From a virus (lineage: Duplodnaviria; Caudoviricetes): a stretch of DNA of 64,000 nucleotides. Where the stretch lies: positions 1 to 64,000 of the IMG/VR virus record IMGVR_UViG_3300033066_000410; one strand, given 5' to 3'. Each line of letters starts with the position of its first letter. Position 1 is the stretch's first letter. This document shows positions 9,732 through 18,009 of this stretch, piece after piece. The translations under genes were made by a program, and so were the position numbers. The notes beneath the pieces are model-generated. The model saw only the letters and a program-made list of their open reading frames with translations. It was not told where the DNA came from and made no database searches.

Positions 9732-10514
9732 TTACTTTCTGTTAGGTGTAAATAAGGTTTCCTCTTCTTCTGCGGCTTGTCCGCCACCGGAATTATCGTT
9801 GTTGTCTTTGTTTCCATAACTCAGCAAAGTTTCTAACTCTGCATCTTTTAATGGAGCATATAAAACGTGAATGTTTGGTATCGGGCCTGTGTAGCCTACG
9901 CCTTTCTTATAAATATAAGAGTTAGGGTCGGCAGGGTTTTTAACCATCTTAACGTTAGCGTTATAGTTCTTAACGTCTTTAGTCAATTTGCAAACCTTAC
10001 CAATAAGCGTTCCACCAACATCGTCGCGCAGCTTCTTAACACTCTTAGCCAAACCCAACGGCATAAGAAATATTTTAGCTACTGGTTTACCGTCAAACTC
10101 ACCGTTTCCCTTATTGGCTTTAGCATCCCAAGTGCCACGGTAATCTAAAATAGGGAACCCGATAGTATTCCTTGCCGAGCTAACATTAGTATTCTTAGTG
10201 CTGCATAGAACACAATGGTTCTGCGAAGACTTTTGGCACCCCTCTGTTATATAGTAGGTTTTGCCTGCCTTGCTTCTCATCTTAATTCCATGCGCAGGAA
10301 ATACTATAGGCGCATCGGTAAGAAATTCAATATCTGCCTCTCCGCCGTCTAACAGATAGAAGTTAGTGTTCATCTTAGTAAAACCGTGTTCATCTTCTAC
10401 GGCTTTATAAGACTGAGACTTCATTTTCTCTATCTCATCCCAAGCGTCTCCACTTGATTGTTCTCCCGTCTGTGAGGAAACTTCCTCATCTTCTGCTTCA
10501 CTGCGTTTTGGCAT
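9732..10514 (-). CDS. ssb: single-stranded DNA-binding protein (gp32-like)
   Basis: His/Cys cluster (HGIK...C...HCVLC), acidic tail, position next to the polymerase. Confidence 0.7.
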   Translation of the reverse strand: MPKRSEAEDEEVSSQTGEQSSGDAWDEIEKMKSQSYKAVEDEHGFTKMNTNFYLLDGGEADIEFLTDAPIVFPAHGIKMRSKAGKTYYITEGCQKSSQNHCVLCSTKNTNVSSARNTIGFPILDYRGTWDAKANKGNGEFDGKPVAKIFLMPLGLAKSVKKLRDDVGGTLIGKVCKLTKDVKNYNANVKMVKNPADPNSYIYKKGVGYTGPIPNIHVLYAPLKDAELETLLSYGNKDNNDNSGGGQAAEEEETLFTPNRK

Positions 10515-10546
10515 ACTTTGTTTTTGGTTTAATTAATAAAAAATCT

Positions 10547-10708
10547 TTAGTCCTCTACAACCCGTTGTTTTAGTTTGTTGTATGCTTCTACAACCTGACC
10601 TACCTCCGGTTGTTTGCCTTCGCCCTTTATCGGGGCTGTTGTTAGAACTATGTTTGAGGCAATCTCAAACAACTTAATCTTTTGGTCTAGGTTTAATTTG
10701 TCCGCCAT
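10547..10708 (-). CDS. small hypothetical protein (start revised to MADKLN)
   Basis: ATG after an A-rich leader downstream of a promoter. Confidence 0.6.
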   Translation of the reverse strand: MADKLNLDQKIKLFEIASNIVLTTAPIKGEGKQPEVGQVVEAYNKLKQRVVED

Positions 10709-10736
10709 GTGTTTTAATTTTTGTTTATAGAAGTAG

Positions 10737-10767
10737 CAAATATAGGTATTGTTTTTAAGGTGGCAAA
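10737..10767 (-). promoter_or_regulatory. Bacteroidota sigma-type promoter TTTG-N19-TATATTTG
   Basis: both the -33 and -7 elements are present with 19-nt spacing. Confidence 0.7.
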
Positions 10768-10808
10768 TCAATCCTGTTAATACTTCAATTTTTGTTAGTA
10801 AATTTTGC

Positions 10809-11366
10809 CTATTTTATCTTGCTAAGAAACTCAGACTTAGCCGAGGGATTCTGCCTAAACACACCTCTAAACGCTGTAGTATCTGTAGAGGCATTTGGTT
10901 TGCACACACCGCGCATTTCCATACACATGTGCCTAGCATTTAAGTGAACAGCTACACCCAACGGTTCAAGCTCTGAATGCTTCTGTAGGTGGTCGGCTAT
11001 CTGATTAGTTATACGCTCTTGATTTTGGAGCATGTGCGAGTAATATTCTACCAACCGTGGTATTTTACTAAGCCCAACAATTTTTTTGTTAGGAATGTAG
11101 GCTACCGTGGCTGTGCCGAAAAAAGGAAGCATGTGGTGTTCACATAGCGAGTAAAAAACTATGTCCTTAACGGTAACCATCTCATCTGCATCTTCGCTAT
11201 CAAAACAGGTCATAACAAACTCTCTTTTCTCGAAGTTGGTAAAGTCCTCTATAAATTTTGCATACCTCTCAGGTGTGCCCAACAATCCCTCTCTCTTAGG
11301 GTTTACTGATAAGTTACTCAGTATTCCTTTTACGTGCTTTGTGATATTTGTAACTTTCAGATTCAT
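10809..11366 (-). CDS. folE: GTP cyclohydrolase I
   Basis: GTPER, LCEHHMLPFFG, GLSKIPR, LQNQERIT, HMCMEMRG. Confidence 0.95.
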   Translation of the reverse strand: MNLKVTNITKHVKGILSNLSVNPKREGLLGTPERYAKFIEDFTNFEKREFVMTCFDSEDADEMVTVKDIVFYSLCEHHMLPFFGTATVAYIPNKKIVGLSKIPRLVEYYSHMLQNQERITNQIADHLQKHSELEPLGVAVHLNARHMCMEMRGVCKPNASTDTTAFRGVFRQNPSAKSEFLSKIK

Positions 11367-11643
11367 AATACTCTTTTAGCTTTTGTAATACATTTAATTG
11401 GAAATTGCATACCCTAAGATACTCTTCCTGCTCCGAAGGGTATAGCTCAAAGAAAAGTCTTAGTAAACGATACCTGGCTTTTTCAGTTGCAGAAGCTCTA
11501 AACAAAGAGACTAAGCCATCCCTGAGAAGACCATTACCAATAGACCTATCGCTATTTTCTTTTTCGAGCTTAAACTGGCCTCTGAGCGAGTAAAACCGGT
11601 AAATAAATTTTAAGGTCTTTCTAAGTAGGTATAGTGCTTTCAT
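11314..11643 (-). CDS. hypothetical protein
   Basis: 109-aa ORF packed into the operon. Confidence 0.55.
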   Translation of the reverse strand: MKALYLLRKTLKFIYRFYSLRGQFKLEKENSDRSIGNGLLRDGLVSLFRASATEKARYRLLRLFFELYPSEQEEYLRVCNFQLNVLQKLKEYYESESYKYHKARKRNTE

Positions 11644-11998
11644 TTTCGAGAAATTTTAAACAGCCCTTATAAATATCCGCCTTAAAGAAAACGAGATTTT
11701 CATAAGCACCCAAATAAAATGTCTCTTCTTTTGCCCCCAGTCGTATAACAATCTTCTCATACGAGAGATAATTACGTGGTTTTGTGGCTTCTAGCCCCGC
11801 ATTTTCAGTAATATTGTTGTAAGACATAGGAGTTATGGTTAAAAGAAGTGCTTGGTCTCCAAAACGTTCTTTTAGCGCGTCCCTTAAAGCTGTGCATAGC
11901 TTAATTACTTCCCTGTTACCTCTTTCTAGCCGACCCAACTCCATCCTGTGCTCATCGGTTGTTGGAAACCTCTCTAAATACTCTTGTATTGTTGGCAT
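11621..11998 (-). CDS. hypothetical protein
   Basis: 125-aa ORF starting 2 nt after the primase stop. Confidence 0.65.
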   Translation of the reverse strand: MPTIQEYLERFPTTDEHRMELGRLERGNREVIKLCTALRDALKERFGDQALLLTITPMSYNNITENAGLEATKPRNYLSYEKIVIRLGAKEETFYLGAYENLVFFKADIYKGCLKFLENESTIPT

Positions 11999-11999
11999 A

Positions 12000-12881
12000 T
12001 TACCTATTTTTTAGTTTTTCTAATATCTCCCTGTATTCTTTTTTATATCGCTGTGAGAACGACAGTTCAAACTCCAAAAAGCTCCATCTGTTTTGCTTTG
12101 CTTCTAACCACTCTGTAGAAGATTTAACTAGTGCAGGGTCTTTCTTAGTGTATGGTATAACGTATACGTCAGCGTCTTTTTTAACCCTATCGTGAATTTG
12201 AAAAGCGCACCTATAGCCTGCCATATCATTATCGAGTGCCAAGTTTATAACTCTATGCTTTAACAGCATTTTTTCCTGAGACTCTGTAATTTCACTTCCT
12301 AACACTCCGGTAACCTGTGTGTCTCCATTTTGCCAAACCATCCAAGTATCTACCTCACCTTCAACATACGTCCGCTCCTCAGTCGGCTCATAATTGTATA
12401 AAAATTGCTCTTTTACAAACCCGTCAGAATACCAAAAATTCTTAGGGTAAACACGATACTTAACACCATACACCTTATCGTTATAAAGCATTGGTATAGT
12501 TATGCGCTTCTCAAAAGTGTCATAACCTACCTTAAAGTGCTTTAGCGTCTCCGGTAAAATACCTCTGTCTATCATGCTCTTTGGCAACCTAGTTCCGAGG
12601 ATATAGTCCCTACCCTCTTGCATAATTCTACCACTGCCGGCATACTCCTCAAAGAAGTATTCTATTGCTATATCAAAAGGAACATTGTGCTCAACTAAAA
12701 AAGAGAAAATAGTTCTATACTCTTTGCAAGCAAAGCATTTACAATGCCCCTTCTCTAGCGAAATATGAAAAGACGGGTTATTATCGTCGTGATAAGGACA
12801 AAGCATTTTAAAACCTTGAGCAGTTCTGCTTAACCGCTTAGGATGAACATACTGATTGAGTATAGACTCTATATCAAGCAT
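12000..12881 (-). CDS. dnaG: DNA primase (CHC2 zinc finger + TOPRIM)
   Basis: CPYHDDNNPSF, CKCFAC, VEGEVD, LDNDMAG. Confidence 0.92.
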   Translation of the reverse strand: MLDIESILNQYVHPKRLSRTAQGFKMLCPYHDDNNPSFHISLEKGHCKCFACKEYRTIFSFLVEHNVPFDIAIEYFFEEYAGSGRIMQEGRDYILGTRLPKSMIDRGILPETLKHFKVGYDTFEKRITIPMLYNDKVYGVKYRVYPKNFWYSDGFVKEQFLYNYEPTEERTYVEGEVDTWMVWQNGDTQVTGVLGSEITESQEKMLLKHRVINLALDNDMAGYRCAFQIHDRVKKDADVYVIPYTKKDPALVKSSTEWLEAKQNRWSFLEFELSFSQRYKKEYREILEKLKNR

Positions 12882-13179
12882 TGTATCTATTTTTAATAAT
12901 TTCTTCTAACGCTTGCTTATGCTTAGTAGCTATGTCTTCCGGCAAACCTGACATTGTTTTAGTAAGAATGGAAACACCTGAGCTTACTTTTTCATTTGAG
13001 TTTATTGTGTCCTTTAGCTTATTAGCTACCGACTCAAGAGCCTTGGTATTTTTATCTATCCTATCTATCATTTTTACATCAACAGAGCTTTTACCTAGAA
13101 TGGCTCTCCAAATAAGAACCAACGCGCCGGTGACACTAAGTATACCAAAAAGAACTCCTGTTTTAAATATCCAGTCCAT
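12874..13179 (-). CDS. hypothetical membrane-anchored coiled-coil protein
   Basis: N-terminal hydrophobic helix followed by a coiled coil. Confidence 0.65.
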   Translation of the reverse strand: MDWIFKTGVLFGILSVTGALVLIWRAILGKSSVDVKMIDRIDKNTKALESVANKLKDTINSNEKVSSGVSILTKTMSGLPEDIATKHKQALEEIIKNRYNA

Positions 13180-13228
13180 GTGAAAAATTTAAGGTAACTT
13201 TACAGCGTATACGCAGAAAGTTAACCGG

Positions 13229-14446
13229 TTAAAAAAGATTTTGGTCGTCGTCCAACTGAGACATAACTCCAGTAAGTTTCTGAACAACTGTAAAGTCCAT
13301 ATTACTAAAGTCCATCTTGTAAATTATTTTATTTCGAGTTCCTCTGCGAATTTTAACCGTATCAAGTCCTATCTCTCCTTTAAGTTCCATAGCCTCATCC
13401 GCATACATAATAGCAACTATATCAGAATCGCGTGTATAGCCCTTACTGTAAGCCAAATCATCTATCTCGCCCCCTTTGTCCGACTTACCCTTACCACCTT
13501 TTATGTGCGTGGTATTTATTATAGGGGTTCTGCGAACTCGGGTGGCTCTCTTCATTTGAGAGGTCAACGTAGCTATGTCCTTCCAATCGTAACTATCCGA
13601 TAGATTGTGTGAGCCATCTAAGAACACTGCGCAGGGTTGGTAGATTGCCATATAGTTTTCTACATCAGAAAATCTAACGCAATCATCAACAATTTTTATG
13701 TTACTAGTAACCCTACTCAAATATTTATCATATCTCAACTCTTCCTGCTGTGTTAGCTGCCCACGTAAAAAATTTCCATACGGTATCTTGGCCCCCATAC
13801 AGTCCAAACGTTCACTAAGCTCCTCATTATCCATTTCGCAAGAAACTATAAGTATGGGACGTGTTATTGAGGAAAGTTTTAAGACTGTATCTAGCCATTT
13901 AGCCATCTGCAATAACAACCACGTTTTACCCAAACCTTCTCTTCCGGCTAGCGTCCATAGGTCGGCTTTTTTATATCCCATAGAAAACTCATCAAAATCT
14001 GCGTTGCCACAGGACAAGTAAGAGATACCTCCGTTTTGCTTTATTTCTTCATAGCGGCTTATCCGGTTTGTTCCGGACATTCCGTAGTCAACAACACGCA
14101 TCTCGTGGTCGCTATTGTATTCGACTATCGCGTCCTGAAAAATGTTTATAGCATTTTTCTTATTCTTAGCACTGGCAAGTATCGCATTTTCTACGACACC
14201 CTCTTTATGCTTATCTACTAACTCTTTTAGCCAATATGTAGCGGGGTTTCCGTTGGCATTAAGAGAGATGGAAAACTTAGCTTCCACCGTTGGTATATCC
14301 GGTAACTTACCATAAGTTGCATAGTAATCTTTAACGAATAAAAACTGAGCGGCGTATCGTTGTGTTAAGTAAACGTCCTTAACTAAAAACAGTGTTGTCG
14401 CATCATTTTTTTCTAGTATTGAATATAGAAGATTCTCCTGTATCAC
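13229..14446 (-). CDS. dnaB: DnaB-like (SF4) replicative helicase
   Basis: AGREGLGKT, VSCEM, VFLDG, YTRDSD, KIRRG. Confidence 0.9.
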   Translation of the reverse strand: MIQENLLYSILEKNDATTLFLVKDVYLTQRYAAQFLFVKDYYATYGKLPDIPTVEAKFSISLNANGNPATYWLKELVDKHKEGVVENAILASAKNKKNAINIFQDAIVEYNSDHEMRVVDYGMSGTNRISRYEEIKQNGGISYLSCGNADFDEFSMGYKKADLWTLAGREGLGKTWLLLQMAKWLDTVLKLSSITRPILIVSCEMDNEELSERLDCMGAKIPYGNFLRGQLTQQEELRYDKYLSRVTSNIKIVDDCVRFSDVENYMAIYQPCAVFLDGSHNLSDSYDWKDIATLTSQMKRATRVRRTPIINTTHIKGGKGKSDKGGEIDDLAYSKGYTRDSDIVAIMYADEAMELKGEIGLDTVKIRRGTRNKIIYKMDFSNMDFTVVQKLTGVMSQLDDDQNLF

Positions 14447-15056
14447 TGTCTTTGTTGGGTTTTACGGTTTGCAATAAACTTCCTCTGTAATCGGTTCCGT
14501 CTACCTCACATAAAAAACATGCCTCTGTGAGAAGTGAGGCTATTGCATTTGAATACGTAGATTTAAAAGAGCCGGCTGCTAAGTTACTTGTTATCCAAGT
14601 AGCCTTATTATCCTGCGTTCTGTATCTAAGCACATAGTCAAAGGCAGAAGTAACTAATTCTTTACTTACATCGGAGTAAGAAAACTCCTTTCCTGCATCG
14701 TCAATGCCTAAGTATTGAACATTCATCAGTTTACTAAGTCCTGCTTCGCCTTTCCAGTTCCTTGTGTAGTAAGATACAAGCATAGGAAAACTAATGACCT
14801 GGCATGTGTATCGCTGTCTAACAAACTCCTTAAAGGCTAAGTTCATTAAAAGAGTTTTACCTAGCCCATACTCTCCGGTAAGAAGAACACCCTTATGCTG
14901 AGGTGTCTCCGCGCTTGCTGCAACGTAGTCAAGAATAAACTTTTTTATAAGAGGGTCTCCGGTAAAATCATCGAACGTTTTATCGTGCCACTTAGCAAGT
15001 ATTCCTACGCTTCTATACACCTCATTATATGAATCCACCTCCGGTATTCTTGCCAT
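14403..15056 (-). CDS. dnaC: DnaC/IstB-like helicase loader
   Basis: GEYGLGKT, LGIDDAGKE, VLRYR, ITSN. Confidence 0.88.
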   Translation of the reverse strand: MARIPEVDSYNEVYRSVGILAKWHDKTFDDFTGDPLIKKFILDYVAASAETPQHKGVLLTGEYGLGKTLLMNLAFKEFVRQRYTCQVISFPMLVSYYTRNWKGEAGLSKLMNVQYLGIDDAGKEFSYSDVSKELVTSAFDYVLRYRTQDNKATWITSNLAAGSFKSTYSNAIASLLTEACFLCEVDGTDYRGSLLQTVKPNKDSDTGESSIFNTRKK

Positions 15057-15846
15057 TATTCATTTGTTTATTGAACGCAAATAAAATATCGTTTTTGCTG
15101 TATAGAAGACTGCCTATAGTTGGCTTTCCCCATCGCTTTGTCTCACAGTTAGAAATGAAAAAAGGTATCAGCTTCAATAAAGTATTACACTCTATATTAT
15201 CTGTTAAGTGCTTGGCTTGCCCAAAATCTTTCTGTGAATACTTAGGTGCTTTAATCATCGGAGATTCAAACCGGTAATGTAAAGCGCAATACATGTCTAT
15301 ATAGCGTAAAACATCATTTGGAGTTATCTTACCTTCCCTGTAAGACTTACTCACTATTGTAGAAACAACTACTCCTACCTTTTTAGCCAAATCAGGCTTA
15401 TGTATGCTTGCGCAAAACTTAGAGTAGCCGTTGTATAGCTTGTCTATTTGTTTGAGTAGTGGGGTGAACTCGGGGTCTTTCTCCACTGACTCTGCTGTGC
15501 TAGGGCTGCTAACTTCTTTTGACTCTTGAAATAAATATTTGTTGGTCATAAAGTTAACGCTATGCCCTATCAGTATAAGTTCTTTATCCTGAGTATACCG
15601 AATAAATCCCTTCTTAATTAATTTATCTAGGCCCAACTCCAACTGCTCCATCCGGTTTGTAAAAAATTCCCTCAGCGAACACATATCAACATAGACAGGA
15701 TTTCCCACAAACCCGCCATTCTCCTGATACACGTAAGCCAAGGGAATTAAAGTCGCCATCAAAAACAACTCGGGGTCATAAATAAAATCGGGGGATAAAA
15801 CTATCCCCCAATCTTTAAAAAGCCTTTGTTGATTCTGCTCTAGCAT
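15025..15846 (-). CDS. hypothetical protein, candidate replication initiator
   Basis: possible winged-HTH segment (LDKLIKKGFIRY); immediately precedes dnaC-dnaB. Confidence 0.45.
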   Translation of the reverse strand: MLEQNQQRLFKDWGIVLSPDFIYDPELFLMATLIPLAYVYQENGGFVGNPVYVDMCSLREFFTNRMEQLELGLDKLIKKGFIRYTQDKELILIGHSVNFMTNKYLFQESKEVSSPSTAESVEKDPEFTPLLKQIDKLYNGYSKFCASIHKPDLAKKVGVVVSTIVSKSYREGKITPNDVLRYIDMYCALHYRFESPMIKAPKYSQKDFGQAKHLTDNIECNTLLKLIPFFISNCETKRWGKPTIGSLLYSKNDILFAFNKQMNNGKNTGGGFI

Positions 15847-15847
15847 G

Positions 15848-16366
15848 TTACGCTAAATCTCTTTTAATGGTTTCCATATCTTCGTCCATCTTCTCCATAA
15901 CCAATTTTCTAGCAATATCAATAGTCTTACGGGCACTATCGAGGTCTGCCGGTGTTGGGTCAAGAGGTAAAGTAACCCCTACGCCATATTTCAAGCTATT
16001 GAAATCGCCTAGGTTCTTAGTAAGACCAATGCTAACATCAACTGTTCCTGCCGGCTTAACCGTAGCAAGTGTTGCTGTAGCTACCTCATCTTTAACCGGT
16101 GAGAAAGAAAGCAAAGCGTCCGGTGTTTTACCGTGTTTAGCTAAGGCTTCTGCCTGCGCAGCGAGAATTAACCTTGTAAATTTAGCTGCTGTATTTCTTC
16201 CATCTACTTTCTTAGGGTCAACTCCATAGATAGCAAGTATTGCTTCTAAAGAATCTTCCATACCACGTAACTGCTGCTCAGTGTATATAACACCTTGGCT
16301 AACTGTAGCGGTATCTTTTTTAGGTTCGGTTTGAACAACCTCTTCTACTTCTTCGCGTTTCGGCAT
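15848..16366 (-). CDS. hypothetical protein (start revised to MPKREE)
   Basis: A-rich leader before ATG 16366; C-terminal VSIGLTKNLGDFNSLKYGV resembles a recurrent phage domain. Confidence 0.65.
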   Translation of the reverse strand: MPKREEVEEVVQTEPKKDTATVSQGVIYTEQQLRGMEDSLEAILAIYGVDPKKVDGRNTAAKFTRLILAAQAEALAKHGKTPDALLSFSPVKDEVATATLATVKPAGTVDVSIGLTKNLGDFNSLKYGVGVTLPLDPTPADLDSARKTIDIARKLVMEKMDEDMETIKRDLA

Positions 16367-16379
16367 TTTGTTTTTTGGT

Positions 16380-16730
16380 TTAAAATTCGTTTTTGTAATA
16401 ACTACGTTCGTAAGCGTAAGCGTCAAACAACTGCTGTTTAATTGTTATAGGCAAAGGCTTACCTCTCTTAATAGATTTACTTTTAAAAATCTCAATAAGT
16501 TTAGGGGCCAATATGTCTACAGAATATAACCGTTCTCCGGCAATCTCTTCTCCTTTACGCTCACCACAGGTAATAACCTTGGCAGGTTTACGGAAATTAG
16601 CATCAGGCATGTGCCCATTAGTAATCATCTTGTAGAACAAGTGTTTACTTCTGCGGCATTTTTTAGCCATCTCACTAACTGAGTAAAAAGAAACTGGTGG
16701 CTTGTTAGCCTTTATCAGCATTTGAATCAT
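16380..16730 (-). CDS. putative HTH DNA-binding protein
   Basis: FYSVSEMAKKCRRSKHLFYKMI resembles a MerR/Xis-type HTH. Confidence 0.5.
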   Translation of the reverse strand: MIQMLIKANKPPVSFYSVSEMAKKCRRSKHLFYKMITNGHMPDANFRKPAKVITCGERKGEEIAGERLYSVDILAPKLIEIFKSKSIKRGKPLPITIKQQLFDAYAYERSYYKNEF

Positions 16731-17175
16731 TCGACACCTCCTTAACGATTAAAGCAACCGTTGGTTTTCCCTTGACCGTCCAATCTTTCAAGTCCTCTAA
16801 GGTTATAAGCCCTTCGGACAGCATTTGTTCAAGAGCATTAGATTGTAGAACAGGAACAAGTATAATAAACTTGTCCGCCTCCTCTCCTAATTTAGAACGA
16901 ACTGCATCTATAATGTTATCTATAGGCTTAACGGTTCCGTCTCTAAACTGCTTCTGAATAAATATTTTTGTTTGACCGTCTTCAAGCTCCACCGTAATCT
17001 CTTTGTGCTTACCGTTTAATACGACTGGTATTGTTGGGTCTTCCAGTAAACGTTCGATTTCTTTTTTGGTGTTGGTTTTTTGGGTGGCTAGGGCATCTTC
17101 TGATTCTTTTACCATCAGATACGATGCTCCCGCCATCCCAAGTTTAACCAAATTTTCGTTCTTGCGAACGGGCAT
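16705..17175 (-). CDS. hypothetical protein
   Basis: 156-aa ORF packed into the operon. Confidence 0.7.
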   Translation of the reverse strand: MPVRKNENLVKLGMAGASYLMVKESEDALATQKTNTKKEIERLLEDPTIPVVLNGKHKEITVELEDGQTKIFIQKQFRDGTVKPIDNIIDAVRSKLGEEADKFIILVPVLQSNALEQMLSEGLITLEDLKDWTVKGKPTVALIVKEVSNDSNADKG

Positions 17176-17178
17176 TGT

Positions 17179-17664
17179 TTAGAATTTAAAGTTGAAACTA
17201 AACACCCGGTCAGCAGGGCGTAAAAAGTCAGTTTCGCCGTCTTCATCAAACTTCACAAAAATCTTCGAGCCTTCGATTTTTACAACCTGACCACTGTATA
17301 GCTTACCCTTAAATTTAGGGTCGTTAAGCTCTACCTGAACCTTTTGGTCAAGCTCTAGGTCTTCCTGTTTCAACTCAGTAGGCTCAGAAGCTACATTGTT
17401 TTTAACCGGCATTCCTTTAAACGAATCTTTAGAAAGCGTGCTAGCTGTATCATCTACAACTTCTTCTGCTGCCGGCTTCTCAGGTTTACTGGTTGATTTC
17501 TTTGGCTTTTCGGGCTTGTTAGTTGAATTTGTTTCTTCCATCTCTCCACCGCCGATAAACTCAATTATTGGAGCATAGATTTTACCCTCGTGCTCAATAA
17601 CTTCTGTTTTTCCCTCGAACGTGAACATACCTTGTAGTTTTAAGGTTCTCTTCGTGAAACTCAT
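17179..17664 (-). CDS. hypothetical protein with C-terminal Tudor/SH3-like barrel
   Basis: KVQVEL...LYSGQVVKIEGSKIFVKFDEDGETDFL after a K/E/P/T linker. Confidence 0.6.
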   Translation of the reverse strand: MSFTKRTLKLQGMFTFEGKTEVIEHEGKIYAPIIEFIGGGEMEETNSTNKPEKPKKSTSKPEKPAAEEVVDDTASTLSKDSFKGMPVKNNVASEPTELKQEDLELDQKVQVELNDPKFKGKLYSGQVVKIEGSKIFVKFDEDGETDFLRPADRVFSFNFKF

Positions 17665-17698
17665 CTGTTTTTGTGTTTAGTAAATAAATAAGAAGTAG

Positions 17699-17706
17699 CA
17701 AATATA
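17699..17706 (-). promoter_or_regulatory. Bacteroidota-type -7 box TATATTTG
   Basis: shares TATATTTGCTACTTCT with the promoter at 10737. Confidence 0.65.
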
Positions 17707-17763
17707 AGTATAGAAAGAAATTAAAAAAATTTCTGCCTATAAAAATTCTATTTAACTGAAATA

Positions 17764-18009
17764 TTATTGCAAAAGGTCGCCAATAGCAACAACATAAGAA
17801 CAGTCTCTACCAAACTTTGTATATAAACTAGTTCCGGCAGATATTGGCTGCAATGTAAATAGAGTATAAAACCGGCTCAAAGCAATATGAACAGTAGCTA
17901 CATCATAGTCCTTATGAATTATAACATCGCCTTTCTTTAAAGAAGGCAGTCCATTAGTTATAATATCTACCAAGTTCTCTTTTGTTACTGTATGTGTTGT
18001 CATTTGCAA
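17764..18009 (-). CDS. hypothetical protein
   Basis: 81-aa ORF overlapping the helicase stop. Confidence 0.55.
   Translation of the reverse strand: MQMTTHTVTKENLVDIITNGLPSLKKGDVIIHKDYDVATVHIALSRFYTLFTLQPISAGTSLYTKFGRDCSYVVAIGDLLQ

Noticed and set aside
11314-11998. QueD or DpdA identity for the ORFs next to folE
   Set aside because: No Cys/HGH motif of QueD and no TGT-like size or motifs.
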